Shown: positions 47,972 through 59,398 of the stretch, in pieces
Numbering within the stretch: position 1 is the stretch's first letter
Layout: the number at the start of each line of letters is the position of its first letter
From: Pachysolen tannophilus NRRL Y-2460
Lineage: Eukaryota
Direction of reading: 5' to 3'
DNA length: 64,000 nucleotides
NCBI GenBank assembly: GCA_001661245.1
Contig: KV454011.1
Coordinates: 62,001-126,000, forward strand
The notes under the pieces: model-generated
Databases searched by the model: none
What the model was told of the DNA's origin: nothing
What the model saw: only the letters and a program-made list of their open reading frames with translations
Position numbers and translations under genes: made by a program

Positions 47972-49303
47972 TTATTTCTTAATAAAGTCACTGACAGTTG
48001 TCCAGCAGAAAGTCTTGTATCTCAAACCGAAATTCTCAGTAGTTATTATTTCTCCATTGGTCACACAAATCTTATCGATTAATTCGACTTTACTAATAAT
48101 TTCATTTAATCCATCAAAAAATTCTTCTCTCGGTATATCATTTAAGAAAAATAATTTTAATTCATGATCTCTTAACAAATGTACACTTAAAGGTCTACCT
48201 TCTTTTGTTAAAAATGAAAATGATAAAGTTGCTTTTGAAGATCCAATCTCATTTGAAATTTGGAAAGAAACAAGACGTACTTTTTCAAAAATTTCATATG
48301 GTAAATTAGATTGTGTAGGTGGTGGAGAAGATAATACACTCACTCCAGATGATGATGGCATAACACCAGACATCCCTGAAGATGATTGACCTATTAATGA
48401 TGATGATGATGAAGTTGTTACCGTATTTGTAGAAACTTTACGTTTCAGAGGTGGTGGTGGAACAGATGTTCCTTCACGGGTACGACCACGATACTTAGAA
48501 CGCGGCCGCGATTGACTTTCTATTTGTCCTTGTCCTTGGACTTGTCCTTGGACTTGTCCCTGAACTTGCGTTTGAGAAGCCAGTATTTGGTCGTGTCTTG
48601 TGTCCAAGTTCCCCTCTAATTTATGAGATGAAGATTGACCAATATGATTACCACTAATAACAGTGCCAACATTGTCAAGTTCATTCTTGTTATCCCTTTC
48701 CTCTTCATCAACATCCACATCCACATCCACATCATTAACATCATCATCAAGAAGATTATTATTATTATGATTTTTCTTTGTATTTTTAGTATTATTAATT
48801 TTTTTACCATTTTTTCGAATTTCAGCCTCACCTAATTTTTTCTCTTTTTCCCCCTCGCGACTCTCCCTTTCATCTGAACTTGAACCAGAAAATGGACTTG
48901 AACCAAGATCTAAACCCCCGTTAACATTACCATTTCTTTCAATGATCTTTTCCCTAATGAATTCACTATGGATTTGATTACTATTCATGACTCCATCAAA
49001 ACTTTCTTCACCTTGTTTTAATTTAATCATTTTTCTAGTATACAGCCTAGGTCTAATAATATTATTTTTTAAAGGGGCCTCAATTTCTTTTAATAAATTT
49101 CTTTTAATTTCATCCATCTTAATACCATGAATATTTCTCAAATGGTTTATTGCCTTTTCCTTTCTCTTAAAAGATTTCGAGCAAAGATAACATTTAATCC
49201 TTTTAGTATCATGAATCTCTTTAATATGCCTGGCCAAATGGGTTATAGTCATCTCCTTTTGGCAAATGTCACATTGGACTATTTTATACAATGGCTTTTC
49301 CAT
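47972..49303 (-). CDS. Uncharacterised protein with two N-terminal C2H2 zinc fingers
   Basis: CDIC...HIKEIH and CYLC...HLRNIH; disordered middle with a (QGQV)n repeat; globular-looking C-terminal ~110 aa. First ATG at 49303. Confidence 0.8.
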   Translation of the reverse strand: MEKPLYKIVQCDICQKEMTITHLARHIKEIHDTKRIKCYLCSKSFKRKEKAINHLRNIHGIKMDEIKRNLLKEIEAPLKNNIIRPRLYTRKMIKLKQGEESFDGVMNSNQIHSEFIREKIIERNGNVNGGLDLGSSPFSGSSSDERESREGEKEKKLGEAEIRKNGKKINNTKNTKKNHNNNNLLDDDVNDVDVDVDVDEEERDNKNELDNVGTVISGNHIGQSSSHKLEGNLDTRHDQILASQTQVQGQVQGQVQGQGQIESQSRPRSKYRGRTREGTSVPPPPLKRKVSTNTVTTSSSSSLIGQSSSGMSGVMPSSSGVSVLSSPPPTQSNLPYEIFEKVRLVSFQISNEIGSSKATLSFSFLTKEGRPLSVHLLRDHELKLFFLNDIPREEFFDGLNEIISKVELIDKICVTNGEIITTENFGLRYKTFCWTTVSDFIKK

Positions 49304-49999
49304 TCTCAACAGCCAACAATATACATGTATGAATCTGTATATATATAGATATATATATATATATATATGTCTCTGATAATATATATGTATTTATATATAT
49401 GGGAATTAAAAATAAAAATTTCTTTTTTTATATGTGTATCCTCTTATAAATTCAGTACAATTTATATAAGATAAAACATAGAAAAAAAAAAAAAAAAAAA
49501 ATTGAAAAAAAGGGGAAAGAATTTATAAAACTGTAAAATATTTTTTTTTTAAAAAACAAACAAACAAACAAACAGTCTAATAATAAATAATAGTTAAAAA
49601 AGACTTTATCAATTCAAATGATCAATCGATTAACTATAACAAAATATCAATTCTTTTATAATATAATTTAAGAAATTTAATGTTAAAAAAAAAAAATAAT
49701 AACAAACAAATAAATTTTGGTTAAATATTATGGCCGAAATAAATTTTTTTTTGATTTTTTTTTTGATTTTTTTAAAAATTATTTTTTTTTTCCCATTTTT
49801 TCCCTCATTTAAATTTTTTTGGGGTTTTTAAAGAAATTTTCATAATAATAATAATAATAATAATATATATATATATATATATACGTTGAAAAAGGGGGTT
49901 TTTATTAAATAAGAGTATAAACTATCTAACTAACTAATGAAAAACTAATGAAAACTAACTGCTATTCTCTTGGCTAATTTGAATTTATTTAATTAAAAT

Positions 50000-51520
50000 T
50001 TATTTGACGTCTTTGCCCTTTTGTATTCTTCTAACGTTTCTTGCCCAATTTTTAATTTTTGCCTGATCCTGATCATTATTATTATTATTGTTATTATTGC
50101 TATTATTGTTATTAAAATTTTTTAAAAAAATATGACCCATTAATTCTATAGGTCCATGTCTTTCTTCTTCTTTTTTCAAGCATAAATCAATAAAGTCACA
50201 TAATTCGGGGCTAAATCCATTTTCTGGTTTTAAAGATGGAGGTTTTTCATTAACAATTCTTTGTAATAAATCTAAAATTCCTTCAGGTTGAATACTTATT
50301 GAATTATCACCAAATGGAAATCTACCTGTTGCTAATTCAACCATCATTAATCCTAATGACCAAACATCACCTTTTATTGAATAAATTCCTCCTTGAATTC
50401 TTTCTGGAGACATATATGTAGATGTACCAACAAATGTATCTGCTATAGAATTGATTAATTCACGACTAACTCCGAAATCACAAAGTTTCATATTTCCTTT
50501 AGAATCCATTAATACATTTGAAGGTTTAACATCACGATGAATAATACGATGATTATCATATAAATATATTAATCCAGAAAGTACTGAAAAGGCAACTTGT
50601 TTTAATATTAATTCTGGAAATGGTCCAACAAGTTTTAAAATTTTATCTAAAGATCCACAATCAACATATTCCATACATATTACAACATCACTTTCATTAA
50701 TAAATGAACCATAAAATCCTATAATATATGGTGAATCACATTCATGCATTATTCTTAACTCTCTTATAATTTGAGTTTGAACCATTTGCTTTGTTTCAAT
50801 ATGTATTATCTTTCTTGCCATAACTTTCTTTGTAGCTAAATGTAAAACTTTTGAAACTGTCCCTGAATTACCATTACCTAATTTTTTTAAAGTAAGTAAA
50901 TCTTTTGCTTTAATATTTAATTGATATTCAACTCCTAATTCTAAATTTTGCATAGATGAAACTAATTCATCTGAAGAATTTTTTAAATCAGGATCACGTA
51001 TCCCTCCAATATTATTATTATTATTATTATCATTATCATCTGAAACTTTAAAATAATTTGGTTGCTTATTTAATAAAGGTACCAGTTGCGGTATAGAATC
51101 ATCAATTTTTAAATGTTTTAAATTCCGTCTCTTTAAAGTCTTTGGTCGGAAAAGACTATTTTGTGAAGATAAACTATTACGTACATTGGTTGAATTATTT
51201 TCAATTATAACATTTGTTTTTCCTCCATTACCATGACCTCTAACTCCATTACTAATCCTATTATCACTAATATTAATACCAAGACTATTCCCATTCCTAT
51301 TATTTAATTTCAATACCCTATCATTCCTCTCACTACCACTATTATCATTTATTAGATTTAAATTTAAATTTTTTTTCAATCCGTTTGAACTTGAATTTAA
51401 ATTTGAATTTGAAGGTGGTTGCAACGGTGCCTTTTCTCCAGTACTATGATAATTCAGAGTTTTGGTGATCGGAGGCGGAGGAGGTAGCTGCTTATCCAGA
51501 TTATATGAAAGCCTATTCAT
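50000..51520 (-). CDS. STE7: MAP kinase kinase Ste7/Hst7
   Basis: Docking motif LKRRNLKHLKI, kinase motifs HRDVKPSN and DFGVSRELINSIADTFVGTSTYMSPERI; next to DHH1 as in S. cerevisiae. First ATG at 51520. Confidence 0.94.
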   Translation of the reverse strand: MNRLSYNLDKQLPPPPPITKTLNYHSTGEKAPLQPPSNSNLNSSSNGLKKNLNLNLINDNSGSERNDRVLKLNNRNGNSLGINISDNRISNGVRGHGNGGKTNVIIENNSTNVRNSLSSQNSLFRPKTLKRRNLKHLKIDDSIPQLVPLLNKQPNYFKVSDDNDNNNNNNIGGIRDPDLKNSSDELVSSMQNLELGVEYQLNIKAKDLLTLKKLGNGNSGTVSKVLHLATKKVMARKIIHIETKQMVQTQIIRELRIMHECDSPYIIGFYGSFINESDVVICMEYVDCGSLDKILKLVGPFPELILKQVAFSVLSGLIYLYDNHRIIHRDVKPSNVLMDSKGNMKLCDFGVSRELINSIADTFVGTSTYMSPERIQGGIYSIKGDVWSLGLMMVELATGRFPFGDNSISIQPEGILDLLQRIVNEKPPSLKPENGFSPELCDFIDLCLKKEEERHGPIELMGHIFLKNFNNNNSNNNNNNNNDQDQAKIKNWARNVRRIQKGKDVK

Positions 51521-51861
51521 GAACAACAATAGCACACTTCTATAAAGATTGATCTAGAAGATAATCTAATTTAAAAATATATATTTTTATACATATCTTT
51601 TGTAAAAGGGAAGATAAAAAAAAAAGAAAAAAAAGCGCAGTTTTTAAATTTTTTTTATTTATTTTCATTTTCTCATTTTACATACATACATACACATATA
51701 GAGTGAAAACAGGAAACTTTCAAACTGAAACTTGAAAACATGAAAACATGAAATTAAACCAATACATAAAACTTTTTTACCAGATCAAAGTCAAGTCAAA
51801 ATTTAGTTTAATTCAATCTTATTCTTACAATAATAACTCGTTTTAAAAACCTTTTAAGGTT

Positions 51862-51907
<46 letters not shown>

Positions 51908-52553
51908 NNNNNNNNNNNNNNNNNNNNNNNNNNNNNNNNNNNNNNNNNNNNNNNNNNNNNNNNNNNNNNNNNNNNNNNNNNNNNNNNNNNNNNNNNNNNN
52001 NNNNNNNNNNNNNNNNNNNNNNNNNNNNNNNNNNNNNNNNNNATTAGATTTAATTTAAATTTTTTTTCAATCCGTTTGAACTTGAATTTAAATTTGAATT
52101 TGAAGGTGGTTGCAACGGTGCCTTTTCTCCAGTACTATGATAATTCAGAGTTTTGGTGATCGGAGGCGGAGGAGGTAGCTGCTTATCCAGATTATATGAA
52201 AGCCTATTCATGAACAACAATAGCACACTTCTATAAAGATTGATCTAGAAGATAATCTAATTTAAAAATATATATTTTTATACATATCTTTTGTAAAAGG
52301 GAAGATAAAAAAAAAAAGAAAAAAAAGCGCAGTTTTTAAATTTTTTTTATTTATTTTCATTTTCTCATTTTACATACATACATACACATATAGAGTGAAA
52401 ACAGGAAACTTTCAAACTGAAACTTGAAAACATGAAAACATGAAATTAAACCAATACATAAAACTTTTTTACCAGATCAAAGTCAAGTCAAAATTTAGTT
52501 TAATTCAATCTTATTCTTACAATAATAACTCGTTTTAAAAACCTTTTAAGGTT

Positions 52554-52585
<32 letters not shown>

Positions 52586-52601
52586 TAAAAAAAAAAAAAA
52601 A
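51351..52601. repeat. ~555 bp direct duplication (51351-51907 and 52043-~52601) on either side of a 135-N gap (51908-52042)
   Basis: Both copies run ATTAGATT...TCAATCCGTTTGAAC...GGTTTATT(A)n, and where I compared them they differ mainly in homopolymer lengths. Confidence 0.95.
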
Positions 52602-52663
52602 TGGTTGTTTTAATACATAGAATCTATATATGAAAAGAAATAAAAAATTTCAATAGTTAAAAG

Positions 52664-52687
52664 TTAGCTGTGCTGCTGGCCATTACC

Positions 52688-52723
<36 letters not shown>

Positions 52724-54019
52724 GTTGTTGTTAATGTTATTGGATGTGTTGTAGCCCATTCTTGGTATATTAGTTTCATCACCCGCGTATATTTCTAGTG
52801 GGATTACTGATGGAATAGGTTTAATTTCTGTTCCTAATTCTTTTTCAATCTTGTACAAGTTAAATCTATCATTCCAATTGATTAAATTAATGGCAACACC
52901 AAGGTGACCAAATCTACCTGATCTACCAATTCTATGAAGATAAGTTTCTGCTGTTTTAGGGAAATCGAAATTTATAACCACATTAACTGCTTGAATATCA
53001 ATACCTCTTGTTAATAAATCTGAACAAACTAAATTTCTAACTTTCCCCTGTCTAAATTCATGAAATACTTTATTTCTTGCTTGTTGTGGCATTCTTGCAT
53101 GTGAATAATAACATGAATAATTTAAATCTGTAATTTTTTTAGCTAATAATTCTACTCTATTTGTAGAATTACAAAAAATAATTGATTGATTAATTTGTAA
53201 TTTTGAAAATAATGTATTTAAACAATGTAATTTTTGTTTTTCTTCAACAAAAGCATAATATTGTGTAATACCTCTTAAAGTTAATTCATCCATTAAATTG
53301 ATTTCATAAGGTTTATATAAATGTTTATCCATAAATGATTTTACCAGTAATGGGAAAGTTGCAGAAAATAATAATGATTGATAACCATTACCACCACTAT
53401 CTAAATCTGGTTTAGGGAAAAAATCTAAAATTTGTTCAATAATATTTTTAAATTCACGACTTAACATTTTATCAGCTTCATCCATAATAAACATTTTACA
53501 ATGATCAAATTGAGCCAATTGTCTACTAGCTAAATCTAATACTCTACCTGGAGTACCAACTAAAATATGTACTGGATCATTAAGCCTTATAATATCATCT
53601 CTTAAACTTGTTCCTCCAGTTGTAACCATCACCTGTATACCAAGATGTTTTCCAAGTGTTTTAACAACTTGTGAAGTTTGTAAAGCTAATTCTCTTGTTG
53701 GTACTAAAATTAATGCTTGAATTTTATTTAATTTTGGTTTAACTTTTTCTAAAGTTGGTATAACAAAAGATGCTGTTTTACCAGTACCATTTTTAGCTCT
53801 TGCTAATATATCTCTACCCATTAAAGCAACAGGTACACTTTCTTCTTGAATAGGAGAAGGTTTTTCAAAACCTGCTTCAAATATACCCATCAATAATTCT
53901 CTTTTTAAATGGAAACTTTCAAAAGTATTCCCTTTAGTATTTGTAACATCTTCTGTTTGAGGACGTAAATCTTTACTAGGAAGATTTAAACCATCTTTCC
54001 AATTCGCTTCTGTTGCCAT
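52664..54019 (-). CDS. DHH1: DEAD-box RNA helicase Dhh1 (DDX6)
   Basis: [36 protein letters not shown]; poly-Asn tail. Confidence 0.98.
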
Positions 54020-54478
54020 GATGATTGATGATGAAAAGAGATAAAAATGAAAATGAAAATGAAAATGAAAAAAAAAAGATACGAAAAATTAAATTGAAGA
54101 TTGAAAATTGAAAATATGAAATATAAAAAAAAATTGAAAAATAGAAAATTGATTAATTTTTTATCTCTAAACCAAGTAAACCTACTACCTCTTTATAGAC
54201 AAATGATTTTTTTTTTGAATTTTTTTTTTTTTTTTGTACAAGATTAATTAAAATTAAAATATTCTTGTATTTTTTAAATTTTAAAATATTTCTAATTTAA
54301 AATGACAAGTTTTATTTATTAGTAGTAGTAAGTAGTATTTGTTTGTTTTGCTTGATTTTTGATAAGTTTATATGGAAAATGAAATGAATAGAATAAACTT
54401 CAATAGAGGAAAAAAAAAAGTAAACAATTTTGTTTGTATCACAATTGAATAGAAAAAAAATAGAAAATCAAAAGATAT

Positions 54479-54511
<33 letters not shown>

Positions 54512-55044
54512 ATGTATAATAATTTAAATAATATTAATAAAAATAATAATAATAAAAAAAAAAAAAAATTTCAAGTTTTTCTATTAATCAATCGATCTAA
54601 TATCTAACTTTTATTTTATAATATTTATTCTTTTTTTTTTTTTTATATATATATATTTTATATATTTTATTTATATATATTATTTTCCAATTAATTAAAT
54701 TATATTAAATATTAATTTATTATTATATTTATTAACAATAAATATTGCTTTCTGTCTTTTTTTTTTTCTTGTTCGTCCAAAATTTCAAACAAGAAAAAAA
54801 GCTGAAAAAATTAAAAAGTTAAAAAAAATTAAAAAAAAAAAAAAACTTTTTTGTGCACTTGCGCACTACAATACAAAATTTTTTTTTGCTTTTTTTCATT
54901 CATTCATAGTAAAGGGTTTAGCCACATTGATTTATTACTTGATATATAATACCTTCCTTTTTAGGCTAAACGTGCAATTTTCCTTACTAGCCATTAAACT
55001 GTTAGCCATAAATTAACTTTTTTGGGTTTCTTTTTACTTTTTTT

Positions 55045-55050
55045 TGACTC
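55045..55050 (+). promoter_or_regulatory. Bas1/Gcn4-type TGACTC site upstream of ADE5,7
   Basis: TGACTC 220 bp upstream of a purine gene; related TGACTT/TGACTG at 39646-39657 upstream of ADE4. Confidence 0.45.
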
Positions 55051-55269
55051 TGCTCTGCTCTTTTACATATAAATATATATTATTATTTTAATATTATGTA
55101 TGGTGTATATAGACTGAAAAATTTTTTTTCTTCTTTATCAAACCTGAAATCTGATTTTTTTTTTGTATGATTGATTGATTGATTGTTATTATATTCAAAA
55201 TTGAAAAAATAGACTGATTACTTAGAGAGACTGGTTTTTATTGATAAAAAAAAAAAAAAAAAATTCAAG

Positions 55270-57657
55270 ATGTCTAAGATCAATGTATTAGTGGTTGGTA
55301 ATGGTGGTCGTGAACATGCTTTAGTTCATAGTTTATACACTTCTCCATTAGTTAATCATATTTATGTAGCTCCAGGTAATGGAGGTACACAAAATTCTTA
55401 TTCTAATGTGAGTAATGTTCCAATTGGTTATTCTCCAAAAGATTTTCCTCTGTTGGTACTGTTTGCAAAAGAAAAAGATATTCAATTAGTTATTCCAGGT
55501 CCTGAACAACCATTAGTTGATGGTATATCAACTTTTTTCAAAAAAAATGGTATTTCAGTATTTGGTCCATCTCTGAAAGCTTCATTAATGGAAGGTTCAA
55601 AAACTTTTTCTAAAGATTTTATGGCAAGACATTCAATTCCAACTGCAGATTTTCAAAATTTTAATAATTATGAATTAGCTAAAAATTATTTATTAAAAAA
55701 TTCTGAAAAAAATTTTGTTATTAAAGCTTCAGGTATAGCTGCTGGTAAAGGTGTTTTAATTCCAACAAATACTCAAGAACTGTTGGATGCTGTAAAACAA
55801 ATCATGGTGGATAAAGAATTTGGTCATGCTGGTGATGAAGTGGTAATTGAAGAATTCTTACAAGGTGATGAATTATCAATCTTGTGTCTTTGTGATGGTT
55901 ATACTATAATCGATCTTCCTCCTGCTCAAGATCACAAAAGAATCGGTGATGGTGATCAAGGTCTCAACACTGGAGGTATGGGTGCTTATGCCCCAGCCCC
56001 ATTAGCAACACCCGCTTTATTACTGAAAATTAGATCAACTATCTTAAAACCAACAATAGATGGAATGAGAAAAGATGGTTACCCAATGATTGGTTGTCTC
56101 TTTGTTGGAATCATGGTATCACCTTCAGGTGAACCAAAAGTATTGGAATATAACGTTAGATTTGGTGATCCAGAAACTCAAACTATATTACCATTGATAA
56201 AATCAGATTTGTTAGAAATCCTTTATGCTGCAGCAGAAGGAAGATTAGATAGTGTTGAAGTTAATATTGAAAAACTGTTCTCAACAACAGTGGTAATGGC
56301 TGCAGGTGGTTACCCAGAATCTTACACAAAAAATGATGAAATTACAATATCAAAACCGTTACCTGAAAATACTTTTATCTTTCATGCTGGTACTTCAATT
56401 TTACCAAATTCAACAAAATTGGTAACTTCAGGTGGAAGAGTCATTGCTTCAACTGCAATCGCTTCAACTTTAGAAGATTCTGTTAAAATGGCTTATGTTG
56501 GTGTAGATCATGTTTCTTTTAAAAACAAATATAACAGAACAGATATAGCTTATAGAGCTTTTAAACAACAACAATCTCAACAAGAAAGACAACTGATTAC
56601 TTATGCAGATTCTGGTGTTTCTGTTGATAATGGTAATCAATTAGTAGAAAATATTAAAAAATTGGTTAAATCTACAGCAAGACCAGGAGCAGATTCTGAA
56701 ATTGGTGGTTTTGGTGGTTTATTTGATTTATCAAAAGCAGGTTATACAAATATTAATGAAACTCTCTTGGTTGGAGCTACAGATGGTGTTGGAACTAAAT
56801 TAAGAATTGCTCAAATCATGAATATTCATAATTCAGTAGGAATAGATCTTGTGGCAATGAATGTAAATGATTTAGTTGTTCAAGGTGCAGAACCATTAAT
56901 GTTTTTAGATTATTTTGCAACAGGTCGTTTGGATATTAAAGTTGCTGAACAATTTGTTTACGGTGTAGCAAAAGGTTGTAAAATTGCTGGATGTGCTTTA
57001 GTTGGTGGTGAAACTTCTGAAATGCCTGGAATGTATTCAGAGGGACATTATGATACAAATGGAACTGCAGTTGGTGCTGTTGTTAAAAATGAAATGTTAC
57101 CAAAACTTGACGAAATGGCAGTAGGAGATATATTGATAGGTCTTGGTTCTGATGGTGTACATTCAAATGGATTTTCTTTAGTTAGAAAAATTATTGAAAA
57201 AAATGGACTTTCTTATCATGATCCATTACCATACGATAATAGTTTAACCATTGGTGAGGCAGTATTGGTTCCAACAAGAATATATGTAAAACAACTCATG
57301 CCTTCAATTAAAAAAAAGTTATTACTTGGATTAGCACATATAACTGGTGGAGGTTTAGTGGAAAATATTCCAAGAGCTTTACCATCTAATTTACAAGCTA
57401 AAGTTGACATGTCATCATGGGAAATCCCAGAAATTTTTAAATGGTTTGGAACAATAGGTAATGTTCCAGTAGAAGATATTTTGAAAACTTTCAATATGGG
57501 TATTGGTATGGTACTGATTGTTAAACCAGAGAATGCAGATGAAGTTATTAAGAATTTAGTTCTGGAAGGTGAAAGAGTATTCAAGATTGGTGAATTGGTT
57601 GAAAGGAAGAATGGTCAAGCTGGTTGTATTGTAGAAAATGCTGCTGGTCTTTATTGA
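55270..57657 (+). CDS. ADE5,7: Bifunctional GAR synthetase / AIR synthetase
   Basis: GNGGREHAL, NTGGMGAY and EYNVRFGDPE (PurD), then TDGVGTKL, GGETSEMPG and HITGGG (PurM). Confidence 0.98.
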   Translation: MSKINVLVVGNGGREHALVHSLYTSPLVNHIYVAPGNGGTQNSYSNVSNVPIGYSPKDFPLLVLFAKEKDIQLVIPGPEQPLVDGISTFFKKNGISVFGPSLKASLMEGSKTFSKDFMARHSIPTADFQNFNNYELAKNYLLKNSEKNFVIKASGIAAGKGVLIPTNTQELLDAVKQIMVDKEFGHAGDEVVIEEFLQGDELSILCLCDGYTIIDLPPAQDHKRIGDGDQGLNTGGMGAYAPAPLATPALLLKIRSTILKPTIDGMRKDGYPMIGCLFVGIMVSPSGEPKVLEYNVRFGDPETQTILPLIKSDLLEILYAAAEGRLDSVEVNIEKLFSTTVVMAAGGYPESYTKNDEITISKPLPENTFIFHAGTSILPNSTKLVTSGGRVIASTAIASTLEDSVKMAYVGVDHVSFKNKYNRTDIAYRAFKQQQSQQERQLITYADSGVSVDNGNQLVENIKKLVKSTARPGADSEIGGFGGLFDLSKAGYTNINETLLVGATDGVGTKLRIAQIMNIHNSVGIDLVAMNVNDLVVQGAEPLMFLDYFATGRLDIKVAEQFVYGVAKGCKIAGCALVGGETSEMPGMYSEGHYDTNGTAVGAVVKNEMLPKLDEMAVGDILIGLGSDGVHSNGFSLVRKIIEKNGLSYHDPLPYDNSLTIGEAVLVPTRIYVKQLMPSIKKKLLLGLAHITGGGLVENIPRALPSNLQAKVDMSSWEIPEIFKWFGTIGNVPVEDILKTFNMGIGMVLIVKPENADEVIKNLVLEGERVFKIGELVERKNGQAGCIVENAAGLY

Positions 57658-57717
57658 AAAATAAGAAGAAAAAATAAAAAAAAATAAACAATTTATTTTA
57701 TATATCAAATTATATTA

Positions 57718-58872
57718 TTATTCTGCAGCAAATGGGTTTTCCTTTAATGCTAAATTAACTGTATTTTCAACTGCCTGGTAACTTGCCAATGTAATTGTTC
57801 CACTTAAACTTACTTTAAATAATCTAGGTAACCAACCTGACCATAAAGTAGCTATACCTTCATTTACAAAAATTTTAAATAAACAAGTAAAAGAATCTTT
57901 ATAATGTTTTGAATAATCTTTTGCTTGTATTCTTGTCTTTACTACATCAATTGGTTGAGTTATAGCAACAACAGCAGCAGAAGATAAAAATCCCAGAAAT
58001 AAAGAATATACCAGATCCAAATCGTGTAAAGGATCAATAATTGTTTTCAATCCATTATAAGTTGAAAACCAAACCATTGAATTCATAATTTGTCTTAATA
58101 CCGTTATCGAAGAACCTTGAGTAAATCCTCTAAGACCTCTTGTGTTATAAATTTCTCTACAAACTTTAAGAAATAAATACTGTGGTGGGGATTTATTTGA
58201 TCTTAAATCTGTAGAAGGTGGAGGTAATGTACCTTTAGCTTTCATCACCAGATCACTAATCTCTTTACTCACATCAGAAGTAGTAGTAGAAGAAGAATTT
58301 TTCACTGACAGAAATTTGGCTTTGACTCCCGAATTTTTTGGAGTTGATTTTTTCAAAAATTCTCCATCATCTGTAAAACCTTTTGATCTATTTTGTAAAA
58401 TTAAAAAATTCTGTATAGATGTTGTCTTTATATTTTCAAATGGTATTACAAATAACGATTCAATAAACCCAGTCATCAACCCTGCCACCACTACACGAGG
58501 AGCAGTTGTACTCCCGCTATCATTTGCCATAAATTTTGAAGTTGAATTAAAAATGAAAAATCTCGATGATGCCTTTAATGCATTACCTATAGCTAACCCA
58601 TTACAACCAATGAAAAAATCTCGACCATGGGACTCCAGAATTTGAAATATCAGCCCCAGATTCAGTTTCTGTAATTGACGGCAAGTCTTAATAAATTCAA
58701 ACGGATAAGTTACCAATGTTTGAACTATTGCAGCTGAACTACCAGCAATAACCGCCGTTACCAAATTCGGCTCAACATTCGCAGATGTAGTACCTTTATT
58801 CCCCATATAAAGCCCCCTCCGAGAATGTCTCTGCCTCGAGGGGAAAGGTAACTCTTCTCTATCAACAGACAT
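57718..58872 (-). CDS. Mitochondrial carrier family protein (YFR045W/Mrx20- or citrate-carrier-like)
   Basis: Three PX[DE]XXK signatures: PFEFIKT, PFENIKT, PIDVVKTR. First ATG at 58872. Confidence 0.85.
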   Translation of the reverse strand: MSVDREELPFPSRQRHSRRGLYMGNKGTTSANVEPNLVTAVIAGSSAAIVQTLVTYPFEFIKTCRQLQKLNLGLIFQILESHGRDFFIGCNGLAIGNALKASSRFFIFNSTSKFMANDSGSTTAPRVVVAGLMTGFIESLFVIPFENIKTTSIQNFLILQNRSKGFTDDGEFLKKSTPKNSGVKAKFLSVKNSSSTTTSDVSKEISDLVMKAKGTLPPPSTDLRSNKSPPQYLFLKVCREIYNTRGLRGFTQGSSITVLRQIMNSMVWFSTYNGLKTIIDPLHDLDLVYSLFLGFLSSAAVVAITQPIDVVKTRIQAKDYSKHYKDSFTCLFKIFVNEGIATLWSGWLPRLFKVSLSGTITLASYQAVENTVNLALKENPFAAE

Positions 58873-59398
58873 ATCCAAAACCCCAATACCAATTACAAAA
58901 TTAACCTAACCGCCGTTAGATTTAATAAATTAATTATCTCGTCAAGATGAGCTTTCTCTCACTCTTTCTCTCTTTTTCACTCACATAGAGCAAAAATAAT
59001 TTAAAATAGTTTTGCGTAGTGTACCCAAACACCAATTTCCCGAATCGGTCAATTGCAAAAGAAAAGAAAAAATAAATAACATCAGAAAAAACGAGAAAAA
59101 AAAAACAAACATTGTTTTATAAGTAATATATACGATTTATTAATAGCTTTAAATAAGTTATTTAAAGGGCGTTTAATATTAGTTTATGATTCATATTTTA
59201 TAAATTATATTTATAGATTGCTCATTCGCTGAGATTTTTAATATTATCATTTTTGGCATAGTCAATACGTTTATATTGGTTATTTTGTTCATATAGCAAG
59301 AGATACAAAAAAAAATTACATAAAAAACAAGAAAAAACAAAAAAAAAGCATTTTTTTTTTTCTTTTTCTTTCTCTGATTTTTTTCACAAAAACACGCA

